A stretch of DNA of 64,000 bases. It comes from an archaeon. Lineage in GTDB: Archaea; Nanobdellota; Nanobdellia; SCGC-AAA011-G17; GW2011-AR17. The notes beneath the pieces are model-generated. The model saw nothing but the letters and a program-made list of their open reading frames with translations, made no database searches and had not been told where the DNA came from. A program made the translations under genes and the position numbers. The stretch covers positions 19,462 through 83,461 of the forward strand of contig JABHLH010000016.1 in the NCBI GenBank assembly GCA_018692925.1. Reading direction: 5' to 3'. Numbering within the stretch: position 1 is the stretch's first letter; each line of letters opens with the position of its first letter. Shown one piece after another: positions 40,019 to 49,453 of the stretch.

Positions 40019-41842
40019 GTGAACGAAATTAAAGAGGCTATAATTCTAGCAGCAGGATCTAGCCGTAGAATGGGATTGCTTTGTGAGGGAAAACATAAAT
40101 CTTTATTGAAGTATAAAGAGAATACTATCTTAGCTAGAATTATCAATCAACTAAAGAAGGCTAATATTGAGAAATTAGTAATTGTTGTTGGATTCGCAAA
40201 GGATAAAATCATTGAAGAAACAAAAAACATTCAAGATATTGAAATTAAAATTGTAGAAAATCCAAGATATTATGAGGATACAAACATATATTCTATGAAA
40301 CTTGCTTTAGACCACATAGAAAACCCATTTATAATTGTTGAAGCAGATATGATCACTGAAGATGCATTAATCCAATATTTAGCTGGTTCTGACTTTGAAG
40401 GAAAATCTACTTGGCTTACCAAAGGAAAATTTAATGATATGCAATATGGTGGGATATTAAGATCTGATGAATTAGGAAACATAAATGATATTAGAATTGT
40501 TCCTGAATATAGAGATGAATATCAAGAGCACACAAAATTAACAGGTTTAATGAGAGTTGGTCCAAATGAAGTTGATTTATTCAAAAAACTTGTAAACATT
40601 TATGCAGAAAAAACTTTCAAACAATATTTTTTAATTCCTTGGATTGAAAACTTAACACATTTACCTTGTATTGAAGGTGATGCAAGTCAATACAAATTTT
40701 CAACTTTCAATTCACCAGAAGATTACTATAAAGCTATTGAACTAGAATTTGATGAAGAACAAGCACAAGAAAAAGAAATAAATTTCATAGAAACTGAAAG
40801 ATTAAAACATATAGAAAACTTTGACGAAGATAGAGTACAAATATTAATCCAAAAAATTGAAAGAGATGGTGCTTGGTTAAAACCTATTTACATTGAAAAA
40901 AATCACAACTTAGTTCTTGATGGACAACACAGATTACAAGCTGCAATAAGAATGGGAATTAAAAAAATCCCTACACAAGGTTTTGATTATGAAGATGTAA
41001 AAGTTTGGACTTTAAGAAAAGAAGAATATGTTGACATTCCAACTGTAATTGCAAGAGCAAATCAAGGAGACATATATCCTTACAAAACAGTAAAACATAA
41101 TTTCCCAAGAGTGATCAGTGAATGCTACATACCTCTAGAAAATCTAAAAGGAAATATTGTAATTGAAGAAAGAAAAGAAAAATCTAAAAGATTAATTATT
41201 TTAGCAGCAGGCCAAGGTTTCAAAATTCATGGTTTAAACAAACTTTTCATAAAAGATCCAAAAAATAAAGAAATTTTAATTGAAAAATATATTAGACTTT
41301 TCAAAGATTATGAAATTACAGTAGTTCTAGGACACAAAGCTCTACATGTAATGCAAGAATACCCTCAACTAAATTATGTTTACAATGATCAGTGGCGAAT
41401 TACTGGAAATAGTTATAGTTTAAGTTTAGCTTTAGATGATAGACCTACAATCGTAACATCATCAGATTTAATTTTCGATGAAGAAATGTTAAATTTAATT
41501 GAATCTTCACCAGACAACTCAGTATTTGTATTTCAATCTGAAAACAAAGGTTACAACACAGTAAGATGCAAATCTGAAAATGGAAAACTAAAAGAAATGT
41601 TCTTTGGAGAACAATATTCAAATGAACCTGAAACAACAGGAATTTACAAAATTTCAAATCCAGATTTACTTAGGGAATGGAAAAAAAGATGTTCAAATAA
41701 TAAAAATGTTTTCGCAGGAATAAATTTACCTTTAGAAAATCTTAAAATTGATATAATTGACATTAAAAATACATTCTTCCATGAAATAAACACTCCATTA
41801 GACTACATTAATTTAATTGAGAAAACAAAAAATGGATCTTAG
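40019..41842 (+). CDS. Nucleotidyltransferase, then ParB/Srx-like domain, then nucleotidyltransferase (fusion protein, GTG start)
   Basis: The N-terminus AIILAAGSSRRMG is a MobA/IspD/LicC-like GT-A nucleotidyltransferase P-loop. The middle domain has DGQHRLQAAIRMG, giving the DGxHR and GxxRxxA motifs of the ParB/sulfiredoxin fold. The C-terminus LIILAAGQGFKIHG is a second nucleotidyltransferase. Confidence 0.7.
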   Translation: MNEIKEAIILAAGSSRRMGLLCEGKHKSLLKYKENTILARIINQLKKANIEKLVIVVGFAKDKIIEETKNIQDIEIKIVENPRYYEDTNIYSMKLALDHIENPFIIVEADMITEDALIQYLAGSDFEGKSTWLTKGKFNDMQYGGILRSDELGNINDIRIVPEYRDEYQEHTKLTGLMRVGPNEVDLFKKLVNIYAEKTFKQYFLIPWIENLTHLPCIEGDASQYKFSTFNSPEDYYKAIELEFDEEQAQEKEINFIETERLKHIENFDEDRVQILIQKIERDGAWLKPIYIEKNHNLVLDGQHRLQAAIRMGIKKIPTQGFDYEDVKVWTLRKEEYVDIPTVIARANQGDIYPYKTVKHNFPRVISECYIPLENLKGNIVIEERKEKSKRLIILAAGQGFKIHGLNKLFIKDPKNKEILIEKYIRLFKDYEITVVLGHKALHVMQEYPQLNYVYNDQWRITGNSYSLSLALDDRPTIVTSSDLIFDEEMLNLIESSPDNSVFVFQSENKGYNTVRCKSENGKLKEMFFGEQYSNEPETTGIYKISNPDLLREWKKRCSNNKNVFAGINLPLENLKIDIIDIKNTFFHEINTPLDYINLIEKTKNGS

Positions 41843-43070
41843 AACAATTACTATTGGAATTCCTATTAACATAGAATCAGATACATTATTACATCTAGAA
41901 TCTAAATTAAAAAATTTTCTTGAAGAAACAACAATAGCATTAGCAACAGAAAATATTAATATAAGAACTTTCAGAATAAATTTAACTCCGGTTACAAATA
42001 AAGATTCAAATTTAAACTCACAAAAAATAATAGGAAAAATAGAAACTTTCTCAAACTTTGCAGAAAAATTAAACATTAGGTGGATTAACATCCCTTATGA
42101 TTTAACAGAGAACCCAAAAGAATTATCTGAACTTGCTTTTACAATATTAAAAAGATATCCTAAAACTTTTTCAAATTTAATTGTTGCAAAAGATAAAAAT
42201 ATTTCTTACAACGCAATCCCAATAGCTAGTAAATTCATAAAAGATGTTTCAAAATTAGACAACTCTGGATACAATAATTTTAGAGTAGGGGTTTCTTGCA
42301 ACATCAAAGCAAATACTCCATTCTTCCCATACACTTACAGTTCAGAGGAATTAGGAATCTCAACAGGGTTAGAGTTACCAAAAGAATTCATAAAGATAAT
42401 CAACTCTTCAGAGAATAGAGATCTAATCTCATTAAGAGAAGAAATAATAACAAAGATTTCTCCTGAGGTAAACAAAATAAACAATATCCTTTCAGTTTTA
42501 GCAAAAAAACATTTCATTAAATACAATGGGATTGATTTTTCCTTAGCTCCTTATCCTGAAAAAGGTAGCAGTGTTGCAGAATTAATTGAGCTTTTAGGTT
42601 TAGAACAACTTGGCAGCAATGGAACATTGTTCTTAACTTCATACTTAACTGACATATTAAAAGAAATACAAAAAAGAAACAACACTCCAACAACAGGCTT
42701 CAATGGTGTAATGTTTTCTTTATTAGAAGATGAACAACTAGGCTTAAGAAACAACAACAAGTTATTTTCAATTGATTCATTAATTTCATATTCAGCAGTT
42801 TGCGGATGTGGTTTAGACATGATTCCTTTACCAGGAGATATTTTCGAAGAAGAGCTTAACTCAATAATCTTAGATGTAGCTGCCTTATCAACAACCTTAG
42901 ACAAACCTTTAGGAGTAAGAGTATTACCAATTCCAACAAAGCAAGAAAATGAATTCACAACCTTTAACATGGATTTTTTATTCAACACAAGGGTCAAAAA
43001 ACCTAAAAACTTAAGTTTATCAAACAGATTATTAACAAATACAAAATTTTCATATTTAAAATGGCAATAG
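41817..43070 (+). CDS. UPF0210 (DUF711) family protein
   Basis: MDLRTITIGIPI matches the UPF0210 N-terminal DIRTITMGISL. C-terminal CGCGLDMIPLP and GVRVLPIP match SVGLDMIAIP and RIIP of the family. The true start may be the Met at 41832. Confidence 0.7.
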   Translation: MRKQKMDLRTITIGIPINIESDTLLHLESKLKNFLEETTIALATENINIRTFRINLTPVTNKDSNLNSQKIIGKIETFSNFAEKLNIRWINIPYDLTENPKELSELAFTILKRYPKTFSNLIVAKDKNISYNAIPIASKFIKDVSKLDNSGYNNFRVGVSCNIKANTPFFPYTYSSEELGISTGLELPKEFIKIINSSENRDLISLREEIITKISPEVNKINNILSVLAKKHFIKYNGIDFSLAPYPEKGSSVAELIELLGLEQLGSNGTLFLTSYLTDILKEIQKRNNTPTTGFNGVMFSLLEDEQLGLRNNNKLFSIDSLISYSAVCGCGLDMIPLPGDIFEEELNSIILDVAALSTTLDKPLGVRVLPIPTKQENEFTTFNMDFLFNTRVKKPKNLSLSNRLLTNTKFSYLKWQ

Positions 43071-44476
43071 ATTTGAAGGAAGTAAAAAACTTTTGGGAAA
43101 AGCGAGCAGAACAACATAGTGACAACCAAGGTATTACTAACTTAGAAGAAAATAATAAATTAAGAAAATTAAAAACAGAGTTAGAAGAAAATAAAGTTGA
43201 TGAATATCTTCCTCAATTACAAAACAAAACAATTCTAGATTTAGCTGGAGGATATGGTAGATGGGCATTTAGATTTACAAAAAAAGCAAAAGAAGTACAT
43301 GTTGTAGACTATTGTTATGATTTAATTGCTTTAGGAAAAAAGAAATCTAAAGAACAAGGAATAAACAACATCAAATATTTTCAAGCATCAGCTCAGGATT
43401 ATGATAGTAAAACTAAATATGATATTATTTTCATCTCTGGTCTTTTAATTTACTTAAACGATGAAGACCTAAAAACTTTAGGAGAAAAGATTAGACAATA
43501 TTCTCATGAAAACACAAAAGTCATTTTAAGAGATGGAACTGGTATCAAAGGAAGATTTGAAATTAACAGAAGATTCTCTGAAGCTTTACAAACTTATTAT
43601 AGCGCAACTTACAGAACTCCAGAACAATACATTTCTTTCTTCAAAAGCATTGGTTTTGAAATTGTAAAACAAGACAATATGTTTGAAGAAGGTTGTGAAT
43701 TAAATAAATTCCCTGAAACAAGATTAAAAATTTACAAATTTAATAAAAAAACTACAAAAAAAGAAAAGAAAAAGCTTTCATTAAAAGAAATCAGAGAAGG
43801 TAAACATATCAAAGAAGGATTATACACAGACATTCTAAGAGTCCCTCATGTTACACTTACATACTTAATTGTTCACGCAATCAAAGACACAAAGATTACT
43901 CCAAACCAAGTAACTTTATTCAGTATGATTTTACTATTAATTGCAACATATTTCTATGCTGGTGGAACTTATGTATATGCTTTAATTGCTTCTTTACTTT
44001 ACTATTTATCTTTCGTTTTCGACACTGTTGATGGAAATTTAGCAAGACAAAAAGAGATGTGTTCACCTCTTGGAGGCTGGTATGATAAAATAGCTGACAG
44101 AATAATGAATCCAATTTTATTCTTTGCAATAGCTTGGGGTATTTACTTAAACAATCCTTCAGTTTATGTTTGGATTTGGACTTTCACAGCTTTTGCTGTA
44201 TTAGAATTCTCTGTAATAGTACAATATAATTTTAGAGTAATGTTTAATTTTGGAATGGACGAAGTAAAAAAGGAAAGAAAGAAAAGAGGATGGCTAAAAG
44301 AATTTATGTTAAACGACTTTTTCTTATGTCACAGTATAATTCTATTTAGTATTTTTGGCATCTTAGAATACTACATGATATTCTTCACACTATATGGAGG
44401 ATTATTTGACATTGCAATGGTTACAGTAATGACATACAAAGCTAAAAAACATCTCAAAAATGAAAACAGACCTTAA
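43061..44476 (+). CDS. Fusion of a class I SAM methyltransferase (N-terminal) to a CDP-alcohol phosphatidyltransferase (C-terminal, polytopic)
   Basis: N-terminal motif I is ILDLAGGYGRW. The C-terminus has a perfect CDP-OH-PT signature, DTVDGNLARQKEMCSPLGGWYDKIAD (D-G-x2-A-R-x8-G-x3-D-x3-D), followed by TM helices. Confidence 0.8.
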   Translation: MAIDLKEVKNFWEKRAEQHSDNQGITNLEENNKLRKLKTELEENKVDEYLPQLQNKTILDLAGGYGRWAFRFTKKAKEVHVVDYCYDLIALGKKKSKEQGINNIKYFQASAQDYDSKTKYDIIFISGLLIYLNDEDLKTLGEKIRQYSHENTKVILRDGTGIKGRFEINRRFSEALQTYYSATYRTPEQYISFFKSIGFEIVKQDNMFEEGCELNKFPETRLKIYKFNKKTTKKEKKKLSLKEIREGKHIKEGLYTDILRVPHVTLTYLIVHAIKDTKITPNQVTLFSMILLLIATYFYAGGTYVYALIASLLYYLSFVFDTVDGNLARQKEMCSPLGGWYDKIADRIMNPILFFAIAWGIYLNNPSVYVWIWTFTAFAVLEFSVIVQYNFRVMFNFGMDEVKKERKKRGWLKEFMLNDFFLCHSIILFSIFGILEYYMIFFTLYGGLFDIAMVTVMTYKAKKHLKNENRP

Positions 44477-45512
44477 CACAATAATAATAAAAAATGCAGA
44501 ACATTTCCTTAATAATAAAACTGCTCCTGGTCACAATGGTCCATACAACGATCCTGAAACTTATGTTAGAACTCATGCACATCTTTCAATTTTATTCTTC
44601 AAAGCTTTCAAAATAACTAAGAATAACAAATACAAAAAGGAAGCTATCAGACAAATAAACTTTCTTTTATTAAAAGAAGCTAGACCATATAACTCAACTT
44701 TCCATTATAGAAATAAAAAAGGAAAAGACAAATGTAATGGCTTAATAGGTCAAGCTTGGTCAATTGAAGCTTTAATGATTGCTTATGAAAATACAAAAGA
44801 TATAAAATATAAAAACTTAGCAAAACAAGCATTCCATTACATAAACTACCACAATTTTTTATCTTACTGGAAAAAAAGAGAAATCAATGGCAAAGAATTA
44901 TTCCTAGATTTAACTTTTAATCACCAACTTTGGTTTGCTGCAGCTTCTTCATTAATTTCAAACTCAAAAAAAGACAGTATTGGCAAAGAGATTAACAAGT
45001 TTATGGACGAACTTGAAAACAATTTACATATTCACAAAAACGGATTAATCAGACATTTCATTTATCCACAGATTATAACACCATTAAATTTCCTAATGAA
45101 CAAAACTTCAAAAAAATATCTTTATACAAAAGAAGCTTCATATCATGCATTCAATCTTTATGCTTTTGCAATATTAAAACAAAGATTCCCTTCTCATAAA
45201 TTTTGGAGATCTAAGAAGTTCAAAAAATTAACTCAATATGCTATAAGTAAAGAACACTTAAAAATTGCTGAAAAAAACAAATATGGTTTCTCTTACAACC
45301 CTTCAGGAATTGAGACCGCATTTTTCATTTACACATTCAAAGAACAATTCAACAAACCCTCAAAAATGATTAAAATAGCATTAGAAAAACAATTTAGAAG
45401 AAACTTAAACACAAAAACTTTAACTTTAACTGAAAAAACATCAGACCCAAATACTTTAGCTTTAAGAATTTATGAAGCAACTCGTATTCCTAATTTAAAA
45501 CTAGACTTTTAA
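44460..45512 (+). CDS. Hypothetical protein, possibly an (alpha/alpha)-toroid-like polysaccharide-modifying enzyme
   Basis: 350 aa. GLIGQAWSIEALMIAYE and aromatic-rich helices resemble the repeat pattern of six-hairpin enzymes. The link is weak. Confidence 0.35.
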   Translation: MKTDLNTIIIKNAEHFLNNKTAPGHNGPYNDPETYVRTHAHLSILFFKAFKITKNNKYKKEAIRQINFLLLKEARPYNSTFHYRNKKGKDKCNGLIGQAWSIEALMIAYENTKDIKYKNLAKQAFHYINYHNFLSYWKKREINGKELFLDLTFNHQLWFAAASSLISNSKKDSIGKEINKFMDELENNLHIHKNGLIRHFIYPQIITPLNFLMNKTSKKYLYTKEASYHAFNLYAFAILKQRFPSHKFWRSKKFKKLTQYAISKEHLKIAEKNKYGFSYNPSGIETAFFIYTFKEQFNKPSKMIKIALEKQFRRNLNTKTLTLTEKTSDPNTLALRIYEATRIPNLKLDF

Positions 45513-46599
45513 ACTTTTCAGCTTCTTTTTTTCTAGAAAAATTATCAACAGCTAAAGAATGTAAATTAGAAAATTTCTTCAATTCACTTCCATCATTAAC
45601 AAGTCTTTTCATTAGAACTTGAAAATCTTCCTGACTCTTCAAAACATATCCTAATTTATTATTCTTAACAAACTTTGACATAATCCCAACATCATTCACT
45701 AATGTAGGTACATTCATTGAACAAAACTCATAAACTGACACAGGAATGGATTCATTAATTTCAGCATCTCTAAATATGAAACCTAAATCCATAGAGGATA
45801 AAATCCTTGGAAGATTTTCATGCTTAACAAAACCATGATCAACAAAATTAACATTCCTTTCTTTTAATTTTTTAAGAATTTTCTTCTTACATCTACCATC
45901 ACCAATTAAATTCAAAGTCACATTAAATCTAGGAACAACATTCAAAATCCAATGGAACCTATCTTTCTCAGAATAATTACCAAGATAAACTAACTGCAAA
46001 CTACTTTTCTTCTTTTTTCCTTTAGGACTAAACATTTTCACATCTACTCCATTAGAAACCACATGAACATTATCTAATTCAGAAATAGAATTCTTTATTC
46101 CTTTATTTGCAACAGTAATCAAATCTGCTAATTTAAAACTTACATTCAAAAATCCTCTCACAAAATAATTTTTAACAAAAGCACCTAAACCTTCTGCTAC
46201 AAGTCTGGGGAAAAAATGTTTAAAATAGGAGTCATATCTCAAAAACTCAAATGAGTCTCTAATATCTAATACAACTTTCTTACTCAACAATTTAACCAAG
46301 GGAAAACTTAACAAAGTTTCGTACTTAGGAATTGAAACAACAACAAGATCATATCTTTTAAACAAGGTTAAAGAAACAGACTTTATATTCATTTTAATTA
46401 AAAACCAGATAAATGCAAACAAATTACTCTCTGAAGGCCTATGAATTAAATGCCAACCTCGCCTATGAATCTTTTCACTTGATCCACCAAGAATTTCAAC
46501 TTTACAATCTTTAAACTCTTTTACAAAAGAATTAATCCTAACTGCAGGAGCTCCTTTCACAGGATAAAAATCTTCCAAAATAAACAATACTTTTTTCAT
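45490..46599 (-). CDS. GT4-type (Glycos_transf_1) glycosyltransferase
   Basis: The C-terminal half has the GT-B pattern (...EFCSMNVPTLVNDVGIMSKFV...GYVL). Length is 369 aa. Confidence 0.65.
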   Translation of the reverse strand: MKKVLFILEDFYPVKGAPAVRINSFVKEFKDCKVEILGGSSEKIHRRGWHLIHRPSESNLFAFIWFLIKMNIKSVSLTLFKRYDLVVVSIPKYETLLSFPLVKLLSKKVVLDIRDSFEFLRYDSYFKHFFPRLVAEGLGAFVKNYFVRGFLNVSFKLADLITVANKGIKNSISELDNVHVVSNGVDVKMFSPKGKKKKSSLQLVYLGNYSEKDRFHWILNVVPRFNVTLNLIGDGRCKKKILKKLKERNVNFVDHGFVKHENLPRILSSMDLGFIFRDAEINESIPVSVYEFCSMNVPTLVNDVGIMSKFVKNNKLGYVLKSQEDFQVLMKRLVNDGSELKKFSNLHSLAVDNFSRKKEAEKFKSLVLN

Positions 46600-48284
46600 T
46601 TTAGCTCATACAATACAAAATCTCCTTCTCTTCTTAAAATATCATAATTTAAATTATCATCCATTGAAACTAAATAATCATAACCTTCAACATCATAAGG
46701 ATCTCCAACCCTAATTTCTTCATTCACCCAAAAACCAAATAGTGACCACTCATTTCTTACATTAAACAACTCTTCATTTAAAGTATATTTAGTTAATTTA
46801 TCAGAAACAAATCTTTCATCAAGCAAAACATTCCCTTCTACATTTTCATTAAACCAATGTCCTAACTCTGCTTGATCAGAACCATTCCAATAATGTTCAG
46901 CATTAAAAGAGATCAAACAAAAGCTCACAACTGTAGTCAAAATAATAAATCCAACTCCTAGATAAAATACTAAATTTCTATTATTTCTAAATAATATTAA
47001 AGTATAAGGAATAATAAACAACACACATGCAATTACAATAAATGGCAACCAAGTAAACTCCATAAATATTTGCCCATAAAATAACCATTCTAAAAATAAA
47101 TCGAACACACCCAATAAAGATAAAGTCATATTATTGAAAGGATATAAAGCTGCAATTGTCAATTGCGTACCTAATAATAAAATCAAAGAACTTAATCCTA
47201 TTGCGAATTTAATAAATTTCTCTTTAAACTCAAATCTTTCAAAAGCAATGTACCCAACTAATAACACCAAAGATAACGTCATATCAAAATATCGACCTAT
47301 TGGTCTATTTGAAAACAAAGGAAAAAATGGAGAGTTATAAAGTAAATCACTTCCATTTGCTTGATTAGCAATAACTAAAACATTAACGATAAAACTGATT
47401 CCTGTAATCATATACAACAACCTAAAATCTTTATCTTTAACTTTCAATCCAAGTAAGAAATAAAACCCAAAAATAAATCCAGTAGCAATCAAAGCATAAG
47501 CAAAATACAAAGCAATCCAATTAAAAAATCCTAAAGGGTTAGCCATAAAGTTCCCCATAAAAGCTAAAGGTCCGCCATAACCACCAGTTACTGCCATTGC
47601 TGAACCACCATATGTACCAACATTTCTAAAGAAAATAGGAATCACACAAATCAAAGCAAATGCATAATGCCAAATTAAATTTACAAACTTTGTTTTTCTA
47701 AACAACCAAACAACAAAAACAACTGGAATTAAAACTAAAGCTAAAACTCTAACCCAATATGCTAAAGCTAAAATAATTCCTGAGATTAAAAACAACCATT
47801 TATTATCAGTTTTGAAAGCAAAATAAACTACTAGCACAAAAAGCATAAACAACGGATAAAAAATATTTTCAGACATTAAATAAGCAAACACATTAAAATT
47901 TGCTGCAAAGATAGAAACTAAAAATGCACCAATAAAAGCTTTTCTTGAATCTAAAAAATCTCTTGCTAAATAGTAAACTGGAAAAATAATAACTGATGAA
48001 AGAAATGCATTAACAAGTTTCATAACAAAATATACAACTTCCATATTTGAAAAGAAATATCCTACAGATAATAACAAAGGATACAAAGGCAGATATTTAT
48101 GTGCTAAAACATCCCCATGATACAAGCTAGAACCATATTCAAAGAGATTTCTAGCTATTTTGGAATAAAGGTACTCATCTCCTAAAGCACTTGGAGAATT
48201 AATAAAAAATCCTAATATTACTTTCCCCAAAACAAATGCTAAATATAATAAGATTAGCTTCTTTAATTCTTTATTAAAAAACAT
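46596..48284 (-). CDS. GT-C fold polytopic glycosyltransferase (ArnT/PMT-like)
   Basis: 562 aa with more than 12 TM helices. A first-loop GDEYLYSKIARNLFEYG motif gives the DE motif position of GT39/GT83. Confidence 0.55.
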   Translation of the reverse strand: MFFNKELKKLILLYLAFVLGKVILGFFINSPSALGDEYLYSKIARNLFEYGSSLYHGDVLAHKYLPLYPLLLSVGYFFSNMEVVYFVMKLVNAFLSSVIIFPVYYLARDFLDSRKAFIGAFLVSIFAANFNVFAYLMSENIFYPLFMLFVLVVYFAFKTDNKWLFLISGIILALAYWVRVLALVLIPVVFVVWLFRKTKFVNLIWHYAFALICVIPIFFRNVGTYGGSAMAVTGGYGGPLAFMGNFMANPLGFFNWIALYFAYALIATGFIFGFYFLLGLKVKDKDFRLLYMITGISFIVNVLVIANQANGSDLLYNSPFFPLFSNRPIGRYFDMTLSLVLLVGYIAFERFEFKEKFIKFAIGLSSLILLLGTQLTIAALYPFNNMTLSLLGVFDLFLEWLFYGQIFMEFTWLPFIVIACVLFIIPYTLILFRNNRNLVFYLGVGFIILTTVVSFCLISFNAEHYWNGSDQAELGHWFNENVEGNVLLDERFVSDKLTKYTLNEELFNVRNEWSLFGFWVNEEIRVGDPYDVEGYDYLVSMDDNLNYDILRREGDFVLYELK

Positions 48285-48370
48285 AAATAGAATCCGATTT
48301 CATCATTTTAAAAGCTTTATGCTACTAAAATAGATCTCTTCCACTACATTTATATAGAAATCTCATTTTT

Positions 48371-49453
48371 TTGGATTCAATGAAACTAGATTTATACTTT
48401 GGTAGACACACAAAAGAGATATTTGGTATGAATAGATGTAAATTAGAGCTATTACAAGGTCTTCCAAAAGATATCAACAAAAAAATAATTTCCTACAAAC
48501 CAAAAAATAGAATCCTAAACTTCCTAGATTTTCTAACTTATGCACCATTATCTGTAATCAAAAAAAGAAGAAATAACTCCATTTCATATATTCTATCTCA
48601 AGCTGATGCTCACATATTAAATTTCTTCAGATTCAAAAAATCTATAGTTCTTTGCTACGACATTATTCCTTTAGTGCTTCCATATGGAACAAAATTTCAA
48701 AAATTAAAAGCAAAGTTTGCTTACAGAGGAATGTGCAAAGCAGACCACATCATTGCAATCTCACAATTCACAAAGGATGAAATTGTAAAACATTTAAATT
48801 ACCCAAAAGAAAGAATTACAGTAGCTCACATAGGAGTAGATCACAATTTATACAAACCAATTAAAGATCTCAAAGAAATAAAAAAGAAATACAATCTTTC
48901 GGATAAAAATAAATATTTAATTTATGTTGGTAACGAAGAACCAAGAATGAATTTACTAACTTTACTAAAAGCATTAAAACTTGCACAAAAAGAAATTCCA
49001 AATTTAAAATTAATCAAAGTAGGAAAATCAAATTATCCAGAAATGAGAGAAAAATTAAACAGATACATCAAAAAACTAAACTTAGAAAAGGACATTATTT
49101 TCACAAACTATGTTCCAGAACAAGATATGCCTTACCTTTACAACATTGCAGACATTTCCATTTACTTATGTTCTTATGCAGGATTTGGCTTACCTCCTTT
49201 AGAATCTATGACTTGTGGAACACCAACAATAACTTCAAACAGATCTTCATTACCAGAAGTAATTGGAAAAGGAGGAATTACTCTCGACGAGAAAGACTAC
49301 AAAGAACTTTCAAAGGAGATAATCAAAATAATCAAAGATAAAAAATATTCTGAAGAACTTTCAAAAAAAGGAATAAAACAATCTAAAAAGTTCACTTGGG
49401 AAAACTTTGTAAATAAAAATCTAGAAATTATTTCCTTGCTTTCAAATAAATAG
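48371..49453 (+). CDS. GT4 glycosyltransferase
   Basis: Typical GT-B C-terminal domain (YVGNEEPRMNL, ...YLCSYAGFGLPPLESMTCGTPTITSNRSSLPEV). Confidence 0.85.
   Translation: MDSMKLDLYFGRHTKEIFGMNRCKLELLQGLPKDINKKIISYKPKNRILNFLDFLTYAPLSVIKKRRNNSISYILSQADAHILNFFRFKKSIVLCYDIIPLVLPYGTKFQKLKAKFAYRGMCKADHIIAISQFTKDEIVKHLNYPKERITVAHIGVDHNLYKPIKDLKEIKKKYNLSDKNKYLIYVGNEEPRMNLLTLLKALKLAQKEIPNLKLIKVGKSNYPEMREKLNRYIKKLNLEKDIIFTNYVPEQDMPYLYNIADISIYLCSYAGFGLPPLESMTCGTPTITSNRSSLPEVIGKGGITLDEKDYKELSKEIIKIIKDKKYSEELSKKGIKQSKKFTWENFVNKNLEIISLLSNK

Noticed and set aside
38482-43129. Small ORFs 38482..38697(-), 40270..40482(-), 41445..41657(-), 41813..42091(-), 42335..42526(-), 42551..43129(-) and 43920..44129(-)
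   Set aside because: They are antisense to longer plus-strand genes with recognisable domains. Their hydrophobic L/F-rich composition is typical of the AT-rich antisense frame.
26247-46599. Phosphonate (fosfomycin-like) biosynthesis as the explanation for class-B rSAM plus cytidylyltransferase
   Set aside because: No PEP mutase was found in any frame of the window. PEP mutase with its characteristic EDK(x)5NS motif is the obligatory first enzyme. The analogy is kept only as a mechanistic parallel.
47134-47340. Plus-strand 68-aa ORF
   Set aside because: Antisense within the GT-C membrane protein gene.
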